DNA of 64,000 nucleotides from Candidatus Omnitrophota bacterium (GTDB lineage Bacteria; Omnitrophota; Gorgyraeia; Zapsychrales; Fredricksoniimonadaceae): NCBI GenBank assembly GCA_903908245.1, contig CAIVRE010000024.1, positions 9,676 to 73,675 of the forward strand, read 5' to 3'. Shown piece by piece: positions 45,792 to 53,950 of this stretch (position 1 is its first letter; each line of letters starts with the position of its first letter). The notes under the pieces were generated by a model. It saw only the letters and a program-made list of their open reading frames with translations, ran no database searches and was not told where the DNA came from. The position numbers and the translations under genes were made by a program.

Positions 45792-46940
45792 ATGCGTATT
45801 GGATTCGACGCGAATGTGTTGACGAAAGAAAAGAGCGCCGGGGCGTATTACCTGGGGCAGCTGGTCCGCGGCCTGGTGAAGTTCAATCCGCGGCTGGAGG
45901 TCGTTTTGTTCTCGGCGGACAAGGTGTGTGTGGATTACGACCATTATATCCATTTCCCGCAGGTCACGCGCGTGACGCTCGACCTGCCGCGCGAGGCGCG
46001 CAAGGGCTGGCCGGCCCGTTATATCCCGGCGCTGCTTAAGGAGCATAAGATCGATGTGTTCCATTTGCCCTGCCAGGATGGCTCGGCGGTGTTCCGCCCG
46101 GGTTGCCCGACGGTCGTGACCGTGATGGGGATGGGTGACTGGATCATGTCGGGGTCTTTCGCGGGCTGGTGGGAAAAAAGGGGCTATCAGTTCCGCCATC
46201 TGGCGTGGAGCCGGATCGCGGCGCGGACTATCACGCTTTCCGAGACGACCAAGAGCGACTTGATGCGCTTCTGCCGCGTTTCCGCCGAGAGCATCGCGGT
46301 CACCCTGCCGGGCGCGGGTTCCGACGAGCTTTTTGCGTTGACGCAGGAGGAATCCGAGGACGTTGTTGGGCAGTACGGCCTTTCGGGCAAGGATTATGTT
46401 GTTAACGCGTCGGGATTGAGCGACAAGCGTCATAACCTGAACTTTGTCCTGGAGGGGTTCGCGCAGTATTTGCGTCATGCGGCGGAAGATGTCAGGCTGG
46501 TCGTGACCGGCAGCGTGAATTATGAGGGCGGGCATGCGCGGGCCATCCGCAAGATGGAGATCCTGGGCATCAGGGACAAGGTCATCCTGACCGGGTTTAT
46601 TTCTGACCGGTCTTTTTACGCGCTGCTGCGCAATGCCCGGGCGGCGATCGTGTCATCCATGTATTCGGGGATGTCTTTTGCCATGACCGAGTCTTTTGCG
46701 GCCGGCGTGCCGGTGATCGCTTCCGACCGCGGCGCGTTCCCCGAGATCGCGGGCGAGGCCGCCATTATGGTCGACCCGTACGATCCGCAGAGTCTGGCGG
46801 AATCGTTGCGGCGCCTTTTGGAAAACCAGGTGGAGCATGACCTTTATGTGGAGAAGGGGGTCACGCGCGTGAAGGAGTTCAGCTGGGAGAAGATGGCGCA
46901 GGAAACGCTGGCTGTTTATCAGGGGATCGTCAAGGAGTAG
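45792..46940 (+). CDS. GT4-family glycosyltransferase
   Basis: 'MRIGFDANVL' and C-terminal 'ESFAAGVPVIASDRGAFPEI'. Confidence 0.8.
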   Translation: MRIGFDANVLTKEKSAGAYYLGQLVRGLVKFNPRLEVVLFSADKVCVDYDHYIHFPQVTRVTLDLPREARKGWPARYIPALLKEHKIDVFHLPCQDGSAVFRPGCPTVVTVMGMGDWIMSGSFAGWWEKRGYQFRHLAWSRIAARTITLSETTKSDLMRFCRVSAESIAVTLPGAGSDELFALTQEESEDVVGQYGLSGKDYVVNASGLSDKRHNLNFVLEGFAQYLRHAAEDVRLVVTGSVNYEGGHARAIRKMEILGIRDKVILTGFISDRSFYALLRNARAAIVSSMYSGMSFAMTESFAAGVPVIASDRGAFPEIAGEAAIMVDPYDPQSLAESLRRLLENQVEHDLYVEKGVTRVKEFSWEKMAQETLAVYQGIVKE

Positions 46941-46941
46941 C

Positions 46942-48765
46942 ATGGCATTGGTATATATTTTAGGGATCTCCGGATATTATCACGACAGTGCCGCGGCCCT
47001 GGTCAGGGACGGCGTGATCATTGCTGCCGCCCAGGAAGAGCGGTTTACCCGCAAGAAACATGATGCGTCTTTTCCCGCCATGGCTGTTGCGTATTGCCTG
47101 AAAGAAGCGGGCATTACCATTCGTGATGTGACGCATGTCGCTTTCTATGAAAAACCTTTTTTGAAGTTCGAACGGCTGTTGCTCACGTATCTCCATTACG
47201 CGCCATTGGGCCTGGTGTCGTTCCTTAAGGCCATGCCGGCGTGGCTTAAAGAAAAGATATTCCTGAAAGATGTCCTGTCGAAAGAATTGGGGTGGGAGGG
47301 GGATATTATTTTCCCCGAGCATCACGAGTCGCACGCCGCGTCTGCCTTTTTCCCTTCGCCATTCCAGGAAGCGGCGATCCTGACGATGGACGGTGTGGGG
47401 GAATGGACGACCACGAGCTTCGGGACGGGGGAAGGCAATTCATTGCGCCTGGAGAGCGAGATCCGCTTTCCTCATTCCCTCGGGCTTTTGTATTCGGCGT
47501 TCACGTATTACGGCGGGTTCCGCGTGAATTCGGGGGAGTACAAGTTGATGGGGTTGGCGCCTTACGGGGAGCCGAAATACGCCGACCTTATTCGCCGGGA
47601 GCTGATCGATATTAAACCGGATGGCTCATTCCGCCTGAATATGGAGTATTTCAATTATTGCGTCGGGTTGACCATGACCAATGGCAAATTCCACCGGTTG
47701 TTCGGCCGGGAGCCGCGCAAGCCGGAGACGGCTTTCTCGCAGTTTGATATGGACGTGGCACGGTCGGTCCAGGAGGTTACGCAAGAGGTGATGATCAAGA
47801 CCGCCCGTCATGTCCGGGAGGTAACGGGCAAACGTAATTTGTGCTTGGCTGGCGGCGTGGCGCTGAATTGTGTGGGCAACGGCCGTATCGCCCGTGAAAA
47901 TATTTTTGACAGGATATGGATACAGCCGGCGGCAGGCGATGCCGGTGGTGCGCTGGGAGCGGCCTTGTTCGTCTGGTATCAGTATCTGGATAATCCGCGG
48001 CAGGCGGATGGCCGGCATGATCTGCAGTTCGGGTCATATTTGGGGCCGGGATTTTCTGATGCCGATGCCGAGGTTTTTTTGCAGGCCAAAGGGGCACCGT
48101 ATGTGAAGTTTGACGCTGATAATGTCCATCTCCGCGTGGCCGAACTGATCGCTGCCCAAAAAGTGGTCGGGTATGTCCAGGGGCGCATGGAGTTCGGGCC
48201 ACGGGCACTGGGCGCCCGCAGTATCCTGGGAGATGCCCGTTCGGAGAAGATGCAGGAGATTATGAATGTGCGCATCAAGTTCCGCGAGTCCTTTCGTCCT
48301 TTTGCGCCGAGCATGCTGGCTGATAAAGCAAAAGATTATGTGGACCTGCCGTATGAAAGCCCCTATATGCTGATGGTTGGCTCGGTACAGGACAAACAGA
48401 TCGATCCCGCGTCGCGGGACACTTTGTTGACGGGGATCGCCCGGCTCAAGGTCCGGCGTTCAACGGTCCCTGCGGTAACGCATGTGGATTATTCGGCGCG
48501 CGTTCAGACCGTCGATGCCGAGCGCAACGGTTCCTATTACAAAACGATCAGTGCGTTCCATGAGTTGACGGGGTGCCCGGTCATTATCAATACATCGTTC
48601 AATATTCGCGGAGAGCCGATCGTTTGTTCCATCGAGGATGCGTACCGTTGTTTTATGTGCACGGATATGGACTATCTGGTCCTGGGGAATATTGTGCTCG
48701 ACAAGCAACAGCAGCCCGGCCGGGACAAGTTCAAAAAAGAGGATATTTCACAGATATTGGATTAG
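46942..48765 (+). CDS. NodU/CmcH-family O-carbamoyltransferase
   Basis: 'MALVYILGISGYYHDSAAALVRDGVIIAAAQEERFTRKKHD' canonical N-terminus; 607 aa with a C-terminal YrdC-like domain. Confidence 0.85.
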   Translation: MALVYILGISGYYHDSAAALVRDGVIIAAAQEERFTRKKHDASFPAMAVAYCLKEAGITIRDVTHVAFYEKPFLKFERLLLTYLHYAPLGLVSFLKAMPAWLKEKIFLKDVLSKELGWEGDIIFPEHHESHAASAFFPSPFQEAAILTMDGVGEWTTTSFGTGEGNSLRLESEIRFPHSLGLLYSAFTYYGGFRVNSGEYKLMGLAPYGEPKYADLIRRELIDIKPDGSFRLNMEYFNYCVGLTMTNGKFHRLFGREPRKPETAFSQFDMDVARSVQEVTQEVMIKTARHVREVTGKRNLCLAGGVALNCVGNGRIARENIFDRIWIQPAAGDAGGALGAALFVWYQYLDNPRQADGRHDLQFGSYLGPGFSDADAEVFLQAKGAPYVKFDADNVHLRVAELIAAQKVVGYVQGRMEFGPRALGARSILGDARSEKMQEIMNVRIKFRESFRPFAPSMLADKAKDYVDLPYESPYMLMVGSVQDKQIDPASRDTLLTGIARLKVRRSTVPAVTHVDYSARVQTVDAERNGSYYKTISAFHELTGCPVIINTSFNIRGEPIVCSIEDAYRCFMCTDMDYLVLGNIVLDKQQQPGRDKFKKEDISQILD

Positions 48766-48766
48766 T

Positions 48767-49162
48767 ATGGATAAAGAAAAGAAAGATCTGCTGGTTTTTG
48801 GATACGGGCTTGGGGCGATCGCCGTGATCTTTGCCGTTGGCGGGATCCATAAGCACGGGTTCGGCCTGCCGCAGAAGACGCTTCTCCTTTGTGCCGTGAC
48901 CTTTGTGCTGGTGACGGTGTTAAAGTGGGAAGCTCTTCGTCCGGGGTACAAGGGCTGGATGAAGGTGGCGCACATTATCGGTGGAGTTGTGGCCACGGGG
49001 ATACTGGGTATTGTTTTCTTTGTGTTATTTGCGCCGGTGGGGCTCTTCCTTCGCCTGATCGGCAAAGATCATCTGGACATGAAGACCGATCCGTTAAAAC
49101 AGACATATTGGCAGAAACGGGCCGGCCATTTTAAAAAGGATGAATATACCCATCAATTCTGA
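48767..49162 (+). CDS. SxtJ-like small membrane protein (carbamoyltransferase-associated)
   Basis: 131 aa, four TM segments. ATG lies 2 nt after the carbamoyltransferase stop. Confidence 0.5.
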   Translation: MDKEKKDLLVFGYGLGAIAVIFAVGGIHKHGFGLPQKTLLLCAVTFVLVTVLKWEALRPGYKGWMKVAHIIGGVVATGILGIVFFVLFAPVGLFLRLIGKDHLDMKTDPLKQTYWQKRAGHFKKDEYTHQF

Positions 49163-49174
49163 TCAAGGAGCGTT

Positions 49175-49333
49175 ATGGCGAAATTATCGATCATGAAAGA
49201 GTTCTGGGATTTTCTGAAAGTGCGCAAGCGTTTTTGGCTCGCGCCTATTGTTGTTGTGCTGTTATTATTGAGCATCCTTATTGTTTTTGCGCAAAGTTCA
49301 ACGGTCGCGCCATTTATTTATACCTTATTTTAA
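49175..49333 (+). CDS. SxtK-like / DUF5989-type 52-aa membrane peptide (not in the supplied ORF track)
   Basis: AAGGAG RBS 4 nt upstream. 'MAKLSIMKEFWDFLKVRKRFWLAPIVVVLLLLSILIVFAQSSTVAPFIYTLF'. Its TAA shares a nucleotide with the next gene's ATG. Confidence 0.5.
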   Translation: MAKLSIMKEFWDFLKVRKRFWLAPIVVVLLLLSILIVFAQSSTVAPFIYTLF

Positions 49334-50388
49334 TGCCACAGCCCTCTATTCCTCAGCGCATCCTTATCGTTAATCCTTTTGGCATCGGGGATGTCCTTTT
49401 TACGATGCCGCTGGTCGACGCGCTCAAGGAGCGGTATCCGTCGGCTGCGATCAGTTATATCGGCAATGCCCGGACAGAGCCTCTCCTCAGCAATGACCCT
49501 CGTTTTGAAAAGGTCTTTCGTTATGAGCGCGACGAGTTTTTCCTGGTCTATAAAGAGTCTCCGTTGAAGTTCCTGCGCAAGTGGTTTGATTTCGCGCAGG
49601 AATTGCGCGCGCGCCGGTTTGATACGGCGTTTGACCTTTCGCTGGGGTCGCCGCTGGCTTTGGCGCTGGTTTGGGCGGGTATCCCGCACAGGATCGGGTA
49701 CGATTATAAAGGCCGCGGGCGTTGGCTGACGCAGAAGATGCCTTTGAAGGGGTACGAGGGGCGTCATGTGGCGGAGTATTATCTTGACCTGTTAAAGGGG
49801 CCCCGGTCGGGAAGAATGGTTCTTTCGTTGTCTTCTCAGGATCATGCCTGGGCGTTGGAATTCATGCGCGTGCATCGGCTGGAAGCACGCGGTTTCATCG
49901 TGATCCATCCTGGCGGGGGCGCCAGCTGGGGAAAGGGCGCCGGTCTCAAGCGTTGGCCCGCCGTGAATTTCGCGAAATTAGCGGACAAAATGATTGAAAA
50001 GGGTGCGTGCCCGATTATACTGATGGGTGATAAAAATGAAGTTGTTCTTTGTGAAGAAGTGGCCGGTTTGATGGAGCATAAGCCGATCGTTGTCGCAGGC
50101 TTAATGAATATTACCGAGGCCGCGGCGTTGATGAAGGCCGCGCGGCTGGTCGTGGTCAACGACGGAGGCCCGTTGCATGTGGCCGTAGCGGCCGGGGCGA
50201 AAACGGCGTCTGTCTTTGGCCCGGTCGATCCGGGCGTTTACGGGCCTTATCCTCCTGAAGGGCATATTGTCATTCAAAAAGGGCTGGCGTGCCAGCCGTG
50301 TTACAGGAATTTCCGTATGTCCGATTGCGAACATCAGTTGTGTTTAAAGAGCCTTTCCGTCGATGAAGTATTCCGTAAGGTCATGTAG
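49333..50388 (+). CDS. GT9-family glycosyltransferase (LPS heptosyltransferase-like)
   Basis: 'RILIVNPFGIGDVLFTMPLVDALKERYP' GT9 N-terminus; 'KPIVVAGLMNITEAAALMKAARLVVVNDGGPLHVAVAAG'. Confidence 0.8.
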   Translation: MPQPSIPQRILIVNPFGIGDVLFTMPLVDALKERYPSAAISYIGNARTEPLLSNDPRFEKVFRYERDEFFLVYKESPLKFLRKWFDFAQELRARRFDTAFDLSLGSPLALALVWAGIPHRIGYDYKGRGRWLTQKMPLKGYEGRHVAEYYLDLLKGPRSGRMVLSLSSQDHAWALEFMRVHRLEARGFIVIHPGGGASWGKGAGLKRWPAVNFAKLADKMIEKGACPIILMGDKNEVVLCEEVAGLMEHKPIVVAGLMNITEAAALMKAARLVVVNDGGPLHVAVAAGAKTASVFGPVDPGVYGPYPPEGHIVIQKGLACQPCYRNFRMSDCEHQLCLKSLSVDEVFRKVM

Positions 50389-50436
50389 GGGCAAGGCGGT
50401 GCCTTGCCCGATTATTCATGGATAAACGAGGTCATT

Positions 50437-51534
50437 ATGAGCGTCCAATTCATTGATTTTTCCAGACAGAATGAAGTGATCAAACCCGAGGTTGATGCCG
50501 GATGGGCGGCTGTTATCGCGAAGTCGGCGTTCATCATGGGGCCGCAGGTCAAGGTTTTCGAAGAGGAATTTGCCCGTTATTGTGGCGTCAAGTACGCGCT
50601 GGGGGTTAATTCGGGCACGGACGCGCTGTATCTGGCGTTATCCGCGCTGGGTATCGGACCGGGTGATGAGGTTGTTCTTCCTACGCATACTTTTATTGCG
50701 ACGGCTTTGTGTGTGTCGTATACAGGCGCTGCGGTCAAATTCGTTGATGTGGAAGAGGTCACCTATAATATTGATCCGGTAGAGCTGGCCAGGGTCGTTA
50801 CGAAAAAGACCAAAGCGATCATTCCGGTCCATTTGTACGGCCAGATGGCGAATATGGACGAGATCAAGGCGATCGCAGACAAGAACGGCATCGCGATCCT
50901 GGAGGACGCCTGTCAGGCGCATGGCGCGCGTTATAAAGGCGTGCGCAGCGGTGCTGTCGGGAACGCCGGGTGTTTCAGCTTTTATCCGACCAAAGGCCTT
51001 GGCGGTTGGGGGGATGGCGGCGCGGTCATTACCAATGATGACAAGATCAAGCATATGGTCGAGATGTTGCGGGATTATGGCCGCATCGACCGGTATTGCC
51101 ATAAGATGAAGGGTTTTAATTCCCGTCTTGATACCATGCAGGCGGTGGTGTTGTCGGCCAAGCTCAAGCATCTTGATGAGTGGAACCGGATGCGCCAGGC
51201 GATCGCTGCGGTGTATGCCGTGGAATTGGCCAGGATCGGCGTGGCTGTCCCGAAGACAGCGCCTGACCGTGACCATGTGTATCAGACATACGCGATCCGT
51301 GTTAAAGATCGCGCAAAGGTGATGGAAGGCCTGAAGGCGAAGGGGATCCCGTCGCTGATCCATTATCCTATTCCCATCCATTTGCAGGAAGCGTATAAGG
51401 ATGCGGGGTATAAGGCCGGGGATTTCCCGGTTTCGGAGAAGATCGCCGCGGAGATCCTGTCGCTCCCGTTGTTCCCGCATATGACCGCGGACCAGGTTAA
51501 AGAAGTCGTAGGCGCATTGAAAGAATCGTTATGA
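50437..51534 (+). CDS. DegT/DnrJ/EryC1/StrS-family aminotransferase (ArnB/PglE-like)
   Basis: 'YALGVNSGTDALYLAL', 'DACQAHGARYKG', 'FSFYPTKGLGGWGDGG'. Confidence 0.85.
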   Translation: MSVQFIDFSRQNEVIKPEVDAGWAAVIAKSAFIMGPQVKVFEEEFARYCGVKYALGVNSGTDALYLALSALGIGPGDEVVLPTHTFIATALCVSYTGAAVKFVDVEEVTYNIDPVELARVVTKKTKAIIPVHLYGQMANMDEIKAIADKNGIAILEDACQAHGARYKGVRSGAVGNAGCFSFYPTKGLGGWGDGGAVITNDDKIKHMVEMLRDYGRIDRYCHKMKGFNSRLDTMQAVVLSAKLKHLDEWNRMRQAIAAVYAVELARIGVAVPKTAPDRDHVYQTYAIRVKDRAKVMEGLKAKGIPSLIHYPIPIHLQEAYKDAGYKAGDFPVSEKIAAEILSLPLFPHMTADQVKEVVGALKESL

Positions 51535-52280
51535 TGAAGGTCTCCGTCGTTATCATCGCCCGCAATGAAGAAGATAACATGGACGATTGCCTTTCCAGCG
51601 TCAAAGGCTGGGCGGACGAGATCGTGGTGGTGGATGACCGTTCGACGGACAAAACCGTTGAGATCTCGAAGAAATATGGCGCTACGGTTTATCACCGCCA
51701 GATGGACAACGAAGGCATTCATCGCAACTGGGCGGCGGCGCAGGCGAAGAACGACTGGGTGCTGTATCTGGATGCCGACGAGCGGGTGACCCCCGAGCTT
51801 CAGAAAGAGATCGATGTTGTCTTGCCAACGACCGCCCATGTGGCCTTTGCCATTCCGTTCCGTACATTCATCGGGACCTATTGGGTGAACCATTCGGGCT
51901 GGTATCCTGGCCCCAAGACCCGCCTGGTGCGTAAAAGCAAATTCAAATATGAAGAGGTCCCGGTCCATCCGCGTGTTTTCCACGACGGGACCTGCGGGCT
52001 GTTGACCAAAGACATCATTCATTACGGGTATCCTGATCTGGAGCATTTTTTGGGCAGTTTGAACCGTCAGACCACGCTGGAAGCCCAGAAGTGGGTGACG
52101 GACAAGCGCAGCATGCCCATGATCAAGGGGCTTTATCGCGCGGTCGACCGTTTTTTCCGTTCGTATATCGGCAAGGGCGGCTGGAAGGGCGGGTTCATGG
52201 GTTTCGTGATCGCCTTCTTCGCGTCGCTGTACCAGATCATGAGTTACATAAAGTATTACGAAATCAAAAGAAAGACGTAG
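51531..52280 (+). CDS. GT2-family glycosyltransferase (paralogue of 41306..42085)
   Basis: 'VSVVIIARNEEDNMDDCL...EIVVVDDRSTDKT', 'LYLDADE'; ATGATGA overlap with the upstream gene. Confidence 0.75.
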   Translation: MMKVSVVIIARNEEDNMDDCLSSVKGWADEIVVVDDRSTDKTVEISKKYGATVYHRQMDNEGIHRNWAAAQAKNDWVLYLDADERVTPELQKEIDVVLPTTAHVAFAIPFRTFIGTYWVNHSGWYPGPKTRLVRKSKFKYEEVPVHPRVFHDGTCGLLTKDIIHYGYPDLEHFLGSLNRQTTLEAQKWVTDKRSMPMIKGLYRAVDRFFRSYIGKGGWKGGFMGFVIAFFASLYQIMSYIKYYEIKRKT

Positions 52281-52300
52281 GGGCGGTTCATGAACCGCCC
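52281..52300. repeat. perfect 20-bp palindrome GGGCGGTTCA|TGAACCGCCC between the GT2 gene and gmhB
   Basis: Read directly. GC-rich 8-bp stem with CATG centre and no downstream T-run. Either a hairpin or a dimeric protein-binding site. Confidence 0.4.
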
Positions 52301-52319
52301 TTGCGAGGGATGATTGGCT

Positions 52320-52931
52320 ATGAAAGTCGTTTTCCTCGACCGCGACGGCGTTATCAATGAATTCCCTGGCAACGGGTTGTATGTGACCAAGGTCAGCGGG
52401 TTCCATTTTCTTCCGCGTACGTTAAAGGCTTTGAAGCTGCTGACCGACGCCGGGTATCATATTTTTGTGATCTCGAATCAGGCGGGTGTCGGCAAAGGGG
52501 TCTTTTCCAAAGACAAACTCGACAAGATCACCGCGCATATGCTCAAAGGCGTGAAGGCGGCGGGGGCCAGGATCGACGATGTCTTTTATTGCACCTGCAA
52601 GTCTTCCGCCGGATGCCATTGCCGCAAGCCCAGGATCGGGAATATCATCAAGGCGCTTAAAGGCATCGATAAGCCCCTTGATGCCGCCAGGCATGCTTAT
52701 TTTGTGGGTGATACCGAAGGGGATATCAAGACGGGCAAGAATGCCGGGTGCAAGACCATTTTCACCCTCTCGGGCCGTGAAGACCAGGAGTACATGAACC
52801 GTTGGGATGTCCGTCCTGACCATACTGTGGAGGACCTTTATGACGCCGTTGCCATCATCCTCAAAGAAGATCCTTATCCTTCACGCGAACGCGGGCGCCG
52901 GGCATCGCAAGGCAGCGGAAGCGGTCTTTAA
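52320..52931 (+). CDS. gmhB: D-glycero-D-manno-heptose 1,7-bisphosphate phosphatase (HAD-IIIA, GmhB)
   Basis: 'VVFLDRDGVINE' HAD motif I, 'FVISNQAGV', Zn-binding 'CTCKSSAGCHCRKP', 'FFVGDTEGD'. Confidence 0.8.
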   Translation: MKVVFLDRDGVINEFPGNGLYVTKVSGFHFLPRTLKALKLLTDAGYHIFVISNQAGVGKGVFSKDKLDKITAHMLKGVKAAGARIDDVFYCTCKSSAGCHCRKPRIGNIIKALKGIDKPLDAARHAYFVGDTEGDIKTGKNAGCKTIFTLSGREDQEYMNRWDVRPDHTVEDLYDAVAIILKEDPYPSRERGRRASQGSGSGL

Positions 52932-53949
52932 CGGCCTCAAGGCGCGCGGTTACGCGAACGCGTCGATCGCGGATGCCCTCGAACACACCAATCCTTTTTT
53001 CAAGAAAGCTTATCCTGCCGGCTACGAGTTCATGGTCGGGAAACTCCCAAAATTATGGGCGACATTCTTTGAAGTGACCGACAAGGATTGGGCCCAGCCT
53101 GCTTTTCAGGGCGTGCGCCGGGTTTACAATGGCCTTAATTCAATGCCTCTGGTCAAGCTGGTGAAAGAGGGGGAATACGATACCATTGTGACCGCGCATT
53201 TTCTTTCCACCGAAGTTGTCGGTGACTTGCGTGCTTCGGGCCAGCTTCCGGATACCCGCCTTGTGACGATCGTGACCGATTATGATGTGCATAAGATCTG
53301 GTTCTCCAAAGGCGTGGACCTGTATCTGGTGGCGTCGGACTACACCAAGCGCCGGCTGGCGGCCATCGGTGTTCCGCAGGACAGGATCGCGGTCACCGGT
53401 ATCCCGCTGGATGAGAAATTCACGGTTGTCCGCGACCGGGCCACGTTGTGCCGGAAAATGGGCCTGAAAGAGGGGGCCTTCACGGTCCTTTTATCGACGA
53501 GCTCATTCGGGTTCGGCCCTATCGAGGAGCTGGCGGACCTGCTCAGGGATCAGCAGCTGATCATTATTACAGGGAATAATAAAGCATTGTTGGCGCGCTT
53601 GATGGCCAAGGGGAATCCGTTGCATAAGGCTTATGGGTTTGTGGATAATATGGAAGAATTGATGGCGGTTGCGGATGTGATGCTCACCAAGCCCGGCGGG
53701 CTATCGATCACCGAGGCACTGGCCAACGGCCTGCCGCTTATTTTCTTCAGTGCCATTCCGGGTCAGGAAGCGGGGAATGTGAAAGTCCTGGCGCAGCACG
53801 GGGTGGGTTTAAGCGACAAGTCTTTATCCGAGATCGGCGCCGAGATCAGGGCGTTCGCATCCACCCCGGCCAAGCTTGCAGCCGCGCGTGCCGCGTCCAG
53901 CGCCCTCGCCCGCCCGCATTCTGTCGAGGATATTATAAAACATTTGTAA
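52840..53949 (+). CDS. GT28-family diacylglycerol glycosyltransferase (MGDG synthase / UgtP-YpfP-like)
   Basis: 'KKILILHANAGAGHRKAAEA', 'TIVTDYDVHKIWFSKGVDLYLVASDYTKRRL'. GGAGGA RBS 5 nt upstream of the ATG at 52840. Overlaps the gmhB 3' end by about 92 nt. Confidence 0.7.
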   Translation: MTPLPSSSKKILILHANAGAGHRKAAEAVFNGLKARGYANASIADALEHTNPFFKKAYPAGYEFMVGKLPKLWATFFEVTDKDWAQPAFQGVRRVYNGLNSMPLVKLVKEGEYDTIVTAHFLSTEVVGDLRASGQLPDTRLVTIVTDYDVHKIWFSKGVDLYLVASDYTKRRLAAIGVPQDRIAVTGIPLDEKFTVVRDRATLCRKMGLKEGAFTVLLSTSSFGFGPIEELADLLRDQQLIIITGNNKALLARLMAKGNPLHKAYGFVDNMEELMAVADVMLTKPGGLSITEALANGLPLIFFSAIPGQEAGNVKVLAQHGVGLSDKSLSEIGAEIRAFASTPAKLAAARAASSALARPHSVEDIIKHL

Positions 53950-53950
53950 T

